Shown one piece after another: positions 17,887 to 28,459 of a stretch of DNA of 44,427 nt. The position numbers and the translations under genes are program-made. This DNA comes from Planctomycetaceae bacterium (lineage in GTDB: Bacteria; Planctomycetota; Planctomycetia; Pirellulales; UBA1268): the NCBI GenBank assembly GCA_046094845.1, contig JBJTIE010000049.1:1-44427 (forward strand). Direction: 5' to 3'. The notes below the pieces were generated by a model. The model searched no databases and was not told where the DNA came from. It was given only the letters and a program-made list of their open reading frames with translations. Within the stretch, counting starts at the first letter, position 1; each line of letters starts with the position of its first letter.

Positions 17887-18515
17887 TGTTCCCCGCCACC
17901 GCACGGGCGATCGTGTTCGACGTGGTTGGCACGCTCGTCGAACCGGCGCCGGCGGTGGCCGAGGCGTATCGGGCTGCGGCCCTGCGACACGGGATCGATC
18001 ACGACGTCGCCGACATCGGCGGCCGCTTCAGGACGGCCTGGCGGCGGCAGGAGGCCATCGACGCGGCCGCCCTGCCCCCCTTCGCCACGAGCGGCGACCG
18101 CGAGCGGGAGCGGTGGCGGGTGATCGTGGCCGACGTGTTCGATGCGGCGCCGCAGAGCGACGCGATTTTCACGGATCTGTGGGCCCATTTCGGGCGGCCC
18201 GATGCCTGGCGTGCGATCCCCGCGGGACGCGACCTCGTGCGGGCCGCCCGTGACGCCGGCCTGACCGTCGCGCTGGCGAGTAATTTCGATGAGCGGCTGT
18301 TCGGGATCGCGACGGTGATCGAGCCTCTGTCGTGGGCCGATCATGTCTTCGCCTCGTCGGAACTCGGCTGGCGGAAGCCGGCCGTGGAGTTCTTCCGCAC
18401 GGTCGAGCGACGCCTCGGCCGCAGCCCCGAGGAGCTCGTCCTCGTGGGTGACGACCCCGAGCTCGACATCGCCGCCGGCCGTCGCGCCGGCTGGCACGTG
18501 CTCCCGATCGGCTGA
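17886..18515 (+). CDS. HAD-superfamily hydrolase
   Basis: Motif I is IVFDVVGTL. C-terminal LVGDDPELDIAAGRRAG matches motif IV. The ATG overlaps the rseP stop (TGATG). Confidence 0.8.
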   Translation: MFPATARAIVFDVVGTLVEPAPAVAEAYRAAALRHGIDHDVADIGGRFRTAWRRQEAIDAAALPPFATSGDRERERWRVIVADVFDAAPQSDAIFTDLWAHFGRPDAWRAIPAGRDLVRAARDAGLTVALASNFDERLFGIATVIEPLSWADHVFASSELGWRKPAVEFFRTVERRLGRSPEELVLVGDDPELDIAAGRRAGWHVLPIG

Positions 18516-18519
18516 ACGC

Positions 18520-19707
18520 TCAACGGCGCGGCATGATCAGGGCGAGCAGGCCGCAGGCGGCCAGTGACAACCCCGCGGTGACGGCGAACGACGCGGCAGG
18601 CCCGTGCGGTCCGCGATCCCAGAGCCAGCCGGCGAGCAGCCCTGCCGGCAGGGCCATGAGTCCCTGCACGAGGGCATACCATCCGAACGCGCCGCCGTGT
18701 CGGCCATCGGCGGCCAAAGCCGCCACGACGGCTCGTTCAGCCGGCTCGGCAATGCCGTAGGCGACCCCCACGAGCCCGAGCAAGGCGAGCACGGCCGGCA
18801 TGCTCGTGGTACAGGCCAGGCCGGCGTATGCCGCCGCGAACGTGCCCCAGCCGGCGGCCAGGGCCAGCCGCGGCGACACGGCATCGGCCATCCGCCCCGC
18901 CCGCGCCGCCACGCCGCTCTTCGCCAGGCTCATGCCAAACCAGACGAGCGGTATGAGCGCCGCAGGCACACCCGTGTCTGCCGCCCGCAGAAGCAGAAAC
19001 TGCTCGCTCGCCGCGCCCAGCGCCCAGACAGCGACGCACACGAGCAAGAGCGCCTGCGAGCGGTTCAGGCCGGTCGAGATGGCCGTCGCCGCAGCCACCG
19101 GCGTCCGCCGCGGCGGATCATGCACGAACCGCCAGATCACGGCGAGCGTGGCAAGCCCGGGGAGCAGGGCGAGGAGAAACAGCCGCCGCTCCTGCCCGGG
19201 AAACACGAGCAGAAACAGCATCGCCACGAGCGGCCCGATCGCCGCACCGGCATGATCCATGGCGCGGATGTGGCCAAACGCCGCGCCCCGTGTCTCGGGT
19301 GGAACCAGATCCGCCACGAGCGCATCGCGGGGCGCCGACCTGATCCCCTTGCCGAAACGATCGGCCGCCCGCACGACGAGCGCGCCGAACGGGCTCGTGA
19401 CGATCCCCATCAGCGGCCGGATGACCGCCGACAGACCGTAGCCGATGAGCACGAGCGGCCGTCGGCCGACCGCATCGGAGATGGCACCACTCGGCAGCCG
19501 CACGACCGCCGCCACGGCATTGGCGATGCCGTCGATGAGCCCGATGTCGACGCTGGTGCCCCCGAGCCCCTTCACGAACCCGGGTAGCAGCGGATAGATC
19601 GCCTCGCTCGAAAAGTCCGTGAGAAAGCTCGTCCACCCCAACGCCCGCACCGCGGCGGGCGTCTCTCCGCGAGACACGGTGCCGAGCGACTTGTCGTTGG
19701 TGTCCAT
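18520..19707 (-). CDS. MFS transporter
   Basis: Multi-TM profile, with WTSFLTDFSSEAIYPLLP and a GAISDAVGRRPL loop (MFS motif A-like). Start moved to ATG 19707 because the upstream 66 codons of the ORF lie inside a repeat element. Confidence 0.8.
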   Translation of the reverse strand: MDTNDKSLGTVSRGETPAAVRALGWTSFLTDFSSEAIYPLLPGFVKGLGGTSVDIGLIDGIANAVAAVVRLPSGAISDAVGRRPLVLIGYGLSAVIRPLMGIVTSPFGALVVRAADRFGKGIRSAPRDALVADLVPPETRGAAFGHIRAMDHAGAAIGPLVAMLFLLVFPGQERRLFLLALLPGLATLAVIWRFVHDPPRRTPVAAATAISTGLNRSQALLLVCVAVWALGAASEQFLLLRAADTGVPAALIPLVWFGMSLAKSGVAARAGRMADAVSPRLALAAGWGTFAAAYAGLACTTSMPAVLALLGLVGVAYGIAEPAERAVVAALAADGRHGGAFGWYALVQGLMALPAGLLAGWLWDRGPHGPAASFAVTAGLSLAACGLLALIMPRR

Positions 19708-19760
19708 CACGTTCCTCACACTCCCATCCACAAGCCCGTCATCGTAACTCCACGAATCGC

Positions 19761-19988
19761 GTGAGGGGTTGCCCATGCCCCGAGAGCCGGCGTATGCCGC
19801 CGAGCGCAGCCAGGATGGCGAAGCGAAGGCGGCATCCGAGCGAGCGAAGAACAGGATGTTCGTAGCGAGCGTCCGGCAACGGGGCGTGGGCAACCCCGAG
19901 CCCACGCCACAGGAGGTCGACCTACAGGGGAATAGACGGGACTGCGGCGTTCAGACCGCGGGCCGCATGCGGAGCATGCGGACTACGG
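19761..19988 (+). repeat. 228-bp structured composite repeat (GTGAGGGG head, four nested hairpins, REP-A tail), copy 1
   Basis: About 80% identical by eye to 28179-28405 in the same orientation. Stems: 19765-19782/19880-19897, 19794-19801/19828-19835, hairpins 19809-19819 and 19849-19861, REP 19963-19988. Compensatory substitutions separate the two copies. Confidence 0.7.
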
Positions 19989-20016
19989 CGCGACCCACCC
20001 CGGAGGCGTCGAACCC

Positions 20017-21834
<1,818 letters not shown>

Positions 21835-21843
21835 GAACGAATC

Positions 21844-22866
21844 TTACCCGCGATGGGAGAGCCGCGCGAGGCCGGCGGCGCCGATGGCCCCCGCGTCACC
21901 CCCGAGGCTGGCGTAGCGGATCACCGTGCGGGCGGCCAGAAGCGGAAACGTGCGAAAGCGGACCTCGGCGCGAACGGCCTCGATGAACAGCCGGCCCACG
22001 GGATCGGCCTCGCCCCCGAACGTCATGGCGCCGCCGATGATCACGGCCTCGGGGTCGATCGTGTGCATGAGCGTGACGATCCCGATGCCGAGCCAGCGGG
22101 CCGTCTCGGCCACGATCGCCGTCGCCACCGGATCGCCCGCGGCACATTCGCGACCCACGAGAATCGGCGTGAGCGGCTCGCCCGCGGCGACTGCCCGAGC
22201 CAGCGACCCGGAGCCATCGGCCCGGATCGCCTCGTCGGCCCGCCGCACGACCGCCGTGGCGCTGGCATAGGCCTCCAGGTGCCCCGGCTGGCCGCAGGGG
22301 CACACGCGGGCCTCGGGCGACGGATCGACGATCATGTGACCGCATTCCGACCCGTGACTGTGGGCGCCCTCCACGTTGAGGTCGCCGATGATGATCCCGC
22401 CACCGACGCCCGTGCCGAGCGTGAGCATGACGAGGCTCGTCTCTGCACGGCCGGAGCCCACCCAAAACTCACCATACGCCGCCGCATTCGCGTCGTTGGC
22501 GAACGTCACAGGCCGACCGCAGTGGGCGGCCACGCGGTCCCGGAGTGGAAAGTCATCCCAGCCGGGCAGGTTGCCGGCTCGCACGATCGTGCCCGCCGGA
22601 ATGTCGAGCGGTCCTGGCGAGCCGAGTCCGACGGCCGCCACGTCGGCCGTGGCGATGCCGGCCTGGGCGGCAAGGGCGTGCACCGCGCGGCCCATCCGGG
22701 CGGCGGCGTCCTCTGGCCCGCGGGTGGCATGCGTCGGCTCGGTGTGAAAGGCGACGATCCGCCCCGCGTCGTCGACGAGCGCTGCCTTGATGTTCGTGCC
22801 GCCGAGATCGACGCCCGCGTACAGCGGCAGCGTGGCGGCGGACAGCGGGAGCGTCGTGCGGGTCAT
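21844..22866 (-). CDS. ROK-family sugar kinase (glucokinase-like)
   Basis: AGVDLGGTNIKAALVD N-terminal ATP motif and the ROK Zn motif region CPCGQPGHLEAY. Lies 9 nt upstream of lepA. Start moved to ATG 22866. Confidence 0.85.
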   Translation of the reverse strand: MTRTTLPLSAATLPLYAGVDLGGTNIKAALVDDAGRIVAFHTEPTHATRGPEDAAARMGRAVHALAAQAGIATADVAAVGLGSPGPLDIPAGTIVRAGNLPGWDDFPLRDRVAAHCGRPVTFANDANAAAYGEFWVGSGRAETSLVMLTLGTGVGGGIIIGDLNVEGAHSHGSECGHMIVDPSPEARVCPCGQPGHLEAYASATAVVRRADEAIRADGSGSLARAVAAGEPLTPILVGRECAAGDPVATAIVAETARWLGIGIVTLMHTIDPEAVIIGGAMTFGGEADPVGRLFIEAVRAEVRFRTFPLLAARTVIRYASLGGDAGAIGAAGLARLSHRG

Positions 22867-23005
22867 GTGTGCGTCGGAGGGCCTGCGGCGAGCCCCCGAG
22901 TATGACGCCTGCCGGGGGGCGACGGAATCCACCACGCAGCGGTGCGTTTAAAAAGCATCACGGAATGGCCGTGGCCACTCGCCTCCGCCAGTGATTGCCA
23001 GGGGG

Positions 23006-24022
23006 TTACGGCAGCACATAACGGCCCGTTTTACGGGTGCCCGTCCGGAGAATGACGCCAGCATCGAGGAGCGGCCGCAGAATGCCGCTGGCTGCCTGCT
23101 TTGAAACACCGAGCCGTGCCCACATCTCGGCAGGCGCCATGCCGCCATGATCGCGAAGCAGTCGGAGCACTTGCTCCTGCCGTGGGGTCAGCATGAGTGG
23201 TGGACCGGCCGCACGACGATCCACCGCCTGAATTCGGGACCACACCCGCTCCAGCGTCACGAGCAGTCCTTCGGCGCAGTATTCGAGCCACGCCGTGAGG
23301 TCCTCGCCGCGCTCCCGCACGTCCATGAGCATTCGGTAGTATCGCTCCCGATCTTCCCAAAAAAACTCATCGACTGAAAACACGTGATGCGAGTCGAAGC
23401 CACGGCGGTAGAGTTCCCACAGCGAGAGAGCCCGCCCGGTTCGTCCATTGCCATCGGCGAACGGGTGGATCGCCTCGAACCGATAGTGAATGATCGCCGA
23501 CGAGAGCACGGGCGAAACGACTTCTGCTTTGTCGTTCCACCAGGAAAGGAGCTCGAACATCAGACCCGAAACATCGCTCGGTGGTGGTGGCACGAACGAG
23601 CCGACACGGACGGCGATCGTGCGATATCGTCCGGCCACTCCCTGCTCCATGACTCCGTCGGCGAGGATACGGTGCAGTTCAAGGATGTCGTCATGACGAA
23701 GCCTGTCGCGTGCCGGCTGCCGCTCGATGTGCCGCAGCCCAGCGAGACAATTCTCGATCTCGCGCCGCTCGCGATTTGAAGCCGCAAGCGGGGAGCCACC
23801 GGCCTCGATCGCGCGGACCTGTTCGAGCGACAGCGAGTTGCCCTCGATGGCCGTCGATGCGTAGGCATTACGGGAGCGGGAATCGCGTTGAATTGCGTGC
23901 ATCCACGGCACCGCCACCGCCGCCTGTGCAATCCGCTCTCGGGTGGAAGCGATCGACTCGACATACCCGAGAAGGGTGGTCGTGATCGTGAACTGTGGGG
24001 AATACGCCATGCCATAAGTCAA
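23006..24022 (-). CDS. Fic/Fido-domain protein with N-terminal inhibitory motif and C-terminal winged-helix domain
   Basis: Canonical HPFADGNGRTGR Fic motif. (S/T)xxxE(G/N) inhibitory motif STAIEGN near the N-terminus. C-terminal LTPRQEQVLRLL...wHTH-like segment. Confidence 0.9.
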   Translation of the reverse strand: MTYGMAYSPQFTITTTLLGYVESIASTRERIAQAAVAVPWMHAIQRDSRSRNAYASTAIEGNSLSLEQVRAIEAGGSPLAASNRERREIENCLAGLRHIERQPARDRLRHDDILELHRILADGVMEQGVAGRYRTIAVRVGSFVPPPPSDVSGLMFELLSWWNDKAEVVSPVLSSAIIHYRFEAIHPFADGNGRTGRALSLWELYRRGFDSHHVFSVDEFFWEDRERYYRMLMDVRERGEDLTAWLEYCAEGLLVTLERVWSRIQAVDRRAAGPPLMLTPRQEQVLRLLRDHGGMAPAEMWARLGVSKQAASGILRPLLDAGVILRTGTRKTGRYVLP

Positions 24023-24063
24023 GCATGGGTCAATCCGTTGGTCAACCTGCTGGTCAAGCCGGC

Positions 24064-25551
24064 CTACGTGTCGTCGGCGGGGAGGCGGCTGGTTTCGACG
24101 GTCGGCGTCGGACCCGTGCAGGCCTTCATGAACTCGACGAGGTCGGCCTTCTCCTGCGGTGTCAGCTTGAGCGGCTTGATCTTGTCGCTCAGGTGCGGGT
24201 TGGGGTGGCCCCCCTTGTCATACCACTCGACGACTTCCTCGAGCGTCGCCACCGATCCGTCGTGCATGTAGGGAGCCGTGAGGGCGACGTTGCGAACCGT
24301 CGGCGTCTTGAAGGCGCCGGTGTCCTTCTCGTCCTTCGTGACCACCGACCGGCCGAGGTCAGGGTTCTCCTTGTCCATGCCGATGCCGAGGTTGTGGTAC
24401 TTCTCATCGGCGAGGTTGGCCCCGACATGGCAGGCGGTGCAGTTGCCTTTCTCGCTGAAGAAGATGTCGCGGCCCCGCTGGGCCGACTCGCTCATCGGAT
24501 GTGCCGCAGCGGCCTCCTTCGCAGTCGCATACTTGGCGGCCAACTCCGGATCGTCGGCGATGTCCTCCTCGTCGAGGCCGGAGAAGGCTCGCAGCTGCTC
24601 GCCGTAATCGTAGGGGGACGGGGCCGTGACGAGCACCCGCTCGAAGGCGGCGATCGCCTGGCCGACGCGGTCGATCGTGAGTTCCCCGAAGATCTTCTCG
24701 AACTGCTGCTTGTAGACGGGCATCTCGCCGAGCCGCTTCACGACGCCCTCGTGGGTGAAGCCCATCTCAATCGGATTGGCGATCGGCCCCACTGCCTGGG
24801 CCTCGAGCGAGTCGGCGCGGCCGTCCCAGAACTGCGGCCCGGAGAGGATGCGGTTGAACGAGACCGGTGAGTTGCGGCCCCCCTTTTGGCCGCGGATGCC
24901 CACGCCGGTCGTCGTGTGGGCGGTGTAGCCCTCGGCCGGGTTATGGCAGCTGGCGCAACTGACGGTGGAGTCGGCCGAGAGCCGGGGGTCGAAATAGAGC
25001 TGGCGGCCGAGCTCAATCTTGGCCCGCGTGAGCGGATTCGCGTCGAGCCCCGTGATCTGGGCTGCGCCCTGCGAAAGGCCGAGCGGCAGCACCGGCTCCA
25101 GTTCCACGAAGTTCCTCGGATCGTCGAGCCAGGCCTCGATCTCGGGGAGCGTGATCGGGCCGCCAGCCCCCTTCGCGGGCACGCCCGCCGTGAGCGACGG
25201 GTCACTGAGTTGCACCTTTTCAAGCGCGGCGGCGATCTTCTCCGGCTCGGCCGGCGGTTCCTTGCGCTCCAGCGACTCGGCCGCCTCGGCGATCCGCTTG
25301 TCGGCGTCGGCAATCGCCTCCTTCGTCTCCTCGACCGCCTTCCGCACGGCCGCCGCCGTCTCGGCCACGGCTGGGATGGCCGGCTTCGGCTCGTCGGTGG
25401 AGATCACTTCGATCGTCTCCACCACGTTGCCCGCAGGCGCTCCGCCCGGACCAGCCGGCGCACACCCCACGCACGCGGCCGCGAGAGCGGTTGCGAGCAG
25501 TGAGATCGGACGTCCCCAGACGGCAGCACGACGATCGGCGACAACGGACAT
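24064..25551 (-). CDS. Di-haem cytochrome c peroxidase (CcpA/MauG family), lipoprotein-type signal
   Basis: Two haem sites, CASCHNP and CTACHVG. N-terminal LLATALAAACVGC lipobox-like signal and a ~170-aa linker. Start set at ATG 25551. Confidence 0.88.
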   Translation of the reverse strand: MSVVADRRAAVWGRPISLLATALAAACVGCAPAGPGGAPAGNVVETIEVISTDEPKPAIPAVAETAAAVRKAVEETKEAIADADKRIAEAAESLERKEPPAEPEKIAAALEKVQLSDPSLTAGVPAKGAGGPITLPEIEAWLDDPRNFVELEPVLPLGLSQGAAQITGLDANPLTRAKIELGRQLYFDPRLSADSTVSCASCHNPAEGYTAHTTTGVGIRGQKGGRNSPVSFNRILSGPQFWDGRADSLEAQAVGPIANPIEMGFTHEGVVKRLGEMPVYKQQFEKIFGELTIDRVGQAIAAFERVLVTAPSPYDYGEQLRAFSGLDEEDIADDPELAAKYATAKEAAAAHPMSESAQRGRDIFFSEKGNCTACHVGANLADEKYHNLGIGMDKENPDLGRSVVTKDEKDTGAFKTPTVRNVALTAPYMHDGSVATLEEVVEWYDKGGHPNPHLSDKIKPLKLTPQEKADLVEFMKACTGPTPTVETSRLPADDT

Positions 25552-25652
25552 GGCTCGACTCCGAATGAAACGGAAGGCACCCTCGGATGGGCATTGTAGA
25601 CGCCAGCCCGGAGGGGGTGGAGTCTGGGCCGACACCGGGTCGGGAGGCCGCG

Positions 25653-26138
25653 TCAATCGACGAGGTCGGGCGTCGCCAGCCACTCGAGGTCGCCCGGCTG
25701 GCCGATGCCGGCCGGAAGGCGGATCGATGCCACGGCCCCCTTCTCCATCACCACCCCGGCCCCGGCGGCACCGATCGCCAGGGCCACGAGGTGCCCGACG
25801 CACGGCGCGTGCCCCACCCAGGCGACCCGATCGGTATCCTGTCGCGCGGTCCACTCCACCATGGCCCGCCAGTCAGACCCCGGCGCGAGGGCATCGACCA
25901 CCTCGACCGGCGGCCTACCCCCGACCTCTTCGGCCAGCGCGGCGGCCGTCTCCCGCGTGCGCACCAGCGGGGAGGCAGCGATGAGATCGACCTCCATCCC
26001 CGCGGCTCGAAGCTGCCGCACGAGCCGCACGAAGGCCTTGCGGCCCTTCTTTGTCAGCCGACGCGAGGCATCGTCGCCCGTCTCCGAGATGTCTTCGGCG
26101 ACGGCATGGCGAACGATGTAGAGCTGTGTCGGCGGCAT
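25653..26138 (-). CDS. sixA: Histidine phosphatase superfamily protein, SixA-like
   Basis: LYIVRHAVAE (RH catalytic motif), ASPLVRTRETA, VGHAP. About 161 aa. Start set at ATG 26138. Confidence 0.7.
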   Translation of the reverse strand: MPPTQLYIVRHAVAEDISETGDDASRRLTKKGRKAFVRLVRQLRAAGMEVDLIAASPLVRTRETAAALAEEVGGRPPVEVVDALAPGSDWRAMVEWTARQDTDRVAWVGHAPCVGHLVALAIGAAGAGVVMEKGAVASIRLPAGIGQPGDLEWLATPDLVD

Positions 26139-26190
26139 GGGTCGAGATTGTGCGGCGCGACGGGCGGCCGAGCAAGCGCCGGAGCTGGCA

Positions 26191-27105
26191 TCATGCCCGG
26201 CGCCAGACGGCATCCCAGCCGACGCCCGCTTGTTCCACCGCCACCGCCGCCTCGCGCCGCCACCGCGCCGCATCGACAGGGTACCCGGCCGTCGGCTCGA
26301 GACCGGACACGAGCCGCCCCCAGTGGTCATTGAAGGCCCGCATCGCCAGCTCCCGCACGTACTTGGCCGTCATGCTCGCCAGAGCCACCGGCGTCCGCGA
26401 CTCCCCCCCCACGCTGAACTCGATCTGGAGCTGTGCCGCCGGGACGGCGTAGGCAGAGCGGGCCGACGTCTCCTCGCGAGCCTGGACGAGCGGCGCGGAG
26501 AAGTGACGGGCGACGAGCGGCGCATACCGCTTGCGGCCACCGTGACGGTCACACCAGACGACGATCGGCTCGCCGCCGATGATGAGCCCTGCCGCAAGCT
26601 CGAGTGTGACCTGTGACAGCAGGTCCGACTTGTTGAGGCCTCTATCGAGGAGGCGATTGAATGCCGCCGGCGTCACGATATCGCACCGCACCGCACCGAG
26701 CGCCACGCCGTGGGCCGCCAAGCGGGAGGCAAGGCGAGTCGGCAGAACGTCGTCGCGGTCTGTCGCAACAGGCAGCGTGACTGCGCCGAGCGACGTCTGC
26801 TCCGACAGTTCGAGCTCCGGCTGGCAGCCAACGACACGCGCCAGATCACTCCACCCTGCGGGCTGGCTGCCGGCGGCCAGCACGAGGCCGGCCAGCGCGC
26901 CGCGCTCGAGCGCTGCGAACCCGTCGCCTCCCTTATAGATCTGCTTCGAGTCGCCCCACAGGCCGGCGGCCTCAGCCGCGACCGCGGCGAACCGCTGCTC
27001 GACATCGTCGGGAGCTGCATCGACCCGCCAGGCCGTGGCCGCGACGACGAGCGGCCCGAGGTTGGGGCCGTAGCCCGCCTCATCGGTGCCGATGACGAGC
27101 GTCAT
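26191..27105 (-). CDS. Divergent RNase HII-like (RNase H2 fold) protein
   Basis: N-terminal IGTDEAGYGPNLGPLVVAA resembles the RNase HII DEAGRGP motif. VALASMTAKYVRE and PTAGYPVD resemble the C-terminal RNase HII blocks. The ATG overlaps the trmH-like stop (ATGA). Confidence 0.55.
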   Translation of the reverse strand: MTLVIGTDEAGYGPNLGPLVVAATAWRVDAAPDDVEQRFAAVAAEAAGLWGDSKQIYKGGDGFAALERGALAGLVLAAGSQPAGWSDLARVVGCQPELELSEQTSLGAVTLPVATDRDDVLPTRLASRLAAHGVALGAVRCDIVTPAAFNRLLDRGLNKSDLLSQVTLELAAGLIIGGEPIVVWCDRHGGRKRYAPLVARHFSAPLVQAREETSARSAYAVPAAQLQIEFSVGGESRTPVALASMTAKYVRELAMRAFNDHWGRLVSGLEPTAGYPVDAARWRREAAVAVEQAGVGWDAVWRRA

Positions 27106-27620
27106 GGCGAGTGGCCTGCGGCTGCCGCCGGATGCTGGCGGCAGTATTCGTAGACCGCGATCGCCGTGGATGTGGCCGCGTTGAGGCTGTGGGGCATGCC
27201 GGCCATCGGAATCTCGGCGACGCGGTCGAGCCGCGCGAGTTCGTCGGGCTCCAGTCCCGTCCGCTCGTTGCCGATCACGAGCACCGTGCGTGCCGCGAAC
27301 GCAAACGAGAACAGACGCTCCGAGTTGGTCGTCTGCTCGAGGCCCACGAGCTGGTAGCCCTCGGCCTTGAGCCGGTCGAGCACGGGCGGCAGGCTGCGAT
27401 GCACGTCGAGCGCCACCGAGTCGGCACCGTCGCGGGCGATCCGCTCGTGCAGCCGAGCCGCGCCACAGGCGATCACCCGCCGGATGCCGAAACAGCCGCA
27501 GGTCCGTACGATGTGGGAAAGATTGACATGGCTGCGCATCGCCGCACAGGCGACGACGAGCTCGCGCGGCGTCGGCAGAATCTCGGGAGGCTTGTGCCTG
27601 ATGTGCTCGAATCGCGGCAT
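27102..27620 (-). CDS. SpoU/TrmH-family RNA 2'-O-methyltransferase
   Basis: VLVIGNERTGLEP...IPMAGMPHSLNAATSTAIAVYE are SpoU motifs 2 and 3. The start is uncertain (ATG at 27620, 27638 or 27650). Confidence 0.8.
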   Translation of the reverse strand: MPRFEHIRHKPPEILPTPRELVVACAAMRSHVNLSHIVRTCGCFGIRRVIACGAARLHERIARDGADSVALDVHRSLPPVLDRLKAEGYQLVGLEQTTNSERLFSFAFAARTVLVIGNERTGLEPDELARLDRVAEIPMAGMPHSLNAATSTAIAVYEYCRQHPAAAAGHSP

Positions 27621-27636
27621 CGTCTCGCATCTGATC

Positions 27637-28182
27637 ATGACGGTTGCCATTTCATTCTGCCCGATCGCCGGCTGCTCGCCACCACCAGCAGCCCCGCCGG
27701 CCGCTGCACAGGCCATCGACGTCGCACTCGTCGATCACGCCGGCCTGATGGCGGCCGTCGAGGCCCGGCGCGGCCGGATCGTCGTGCTCGACTGCTGGAG
27801 CACGTCGTGTCCGCCCTGCGTGAAGGAATTCCCCGGCCTCGTCGCGCTTGCCGCAAAGTATCGTGACCAGGTCGCCTGCCTTTCCATCTCCTTCGACTAC
27901 GAGGGCATCGGCACACCGGAGACGCTCCTCCCACGAGTGCGGTCGTTTCTCGAGAACGTCGGCGCCGGCCAGATCGGGAACATGCTGACGAAGGAAGATG
28001 CCGACTCCCTCTACAAGAAGCTCGACCTTGTCAGCATCCCGGCCGTCTACGTCTGGAAGCCCGACGGCACGCTCGCCCGCCGGTTCGACGACGACGACGC
28101 AGCCCGCAGACTCGGCCGCCCCTTCACCTACGCCGACGTCGAAGCCGAAGTCCGCAGCCTGCTGCCGACCGCAACGCCGTGA
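27637..28182 (+). CDS. TlpA-like thioredoxin-fold redoxin (CPPC), probable lipoprotein
   Basis: VVLDCWSTSCPPCVKEFPGL thioredoxin motif and an N-terminal FCPIAGC lipobox-like sequence. An alternative ATG at 27601 would give a longer signal peptide. The stop TGA lies inside the repeat head. Confidence 0.8.
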   Translation: MTVAISFCPIAGCSPPPAAPPAAAQAIDVALVDHAGLMAAVEARRGRIVVLDCWSTSCPPCVKEFPGLVALAAKYRDQVACLSISFDYEGIGTPETLLPRVRSFLENVGAGQIGNMLTKEDADSLYKKLDLVSIPAVYVWKPDGTLARRFDDDDAARRLGRPFTYADVEAEVRSLLPTATP

Positions 28183-28405
28183 GGGGCTGCCCGTGCCCCG
28201 TCGCCGGCGTATGGCGGCAAGCGCAGGCAGGATGCCGAAAGCGCAGCCGCCATCGAGCGAGCGAAGGACAGGATGTCCGAAGCGAGCGTCCGGCGACGGG
28301 GCGTGGGCAGCCCCGAACCATCACCACAGGAGGTCGACCCGCGGAGGAATAGACGGGCCTGCGGCTTTCAGAGCGTGGGCCGCACACGGAGTGTGCGGAC
28401 TACGG
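28179..28405 (+). repeat. 228-bp structured composite repeat, copy 2
   Basis: Aligns end to end with 19761-19988. Stems: 28183-28200/28297-28314, 28211-28218/28246-28253, hairpins 28226-28236 and 28266-28278, REP 28380-28405. Confidence 0.7.
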
Positions 28406-28459
28406 GCCGGAGAGTACGGGCGACGGGTATGATCGACAGCCTAAGTAAGGAGGTTTGCG

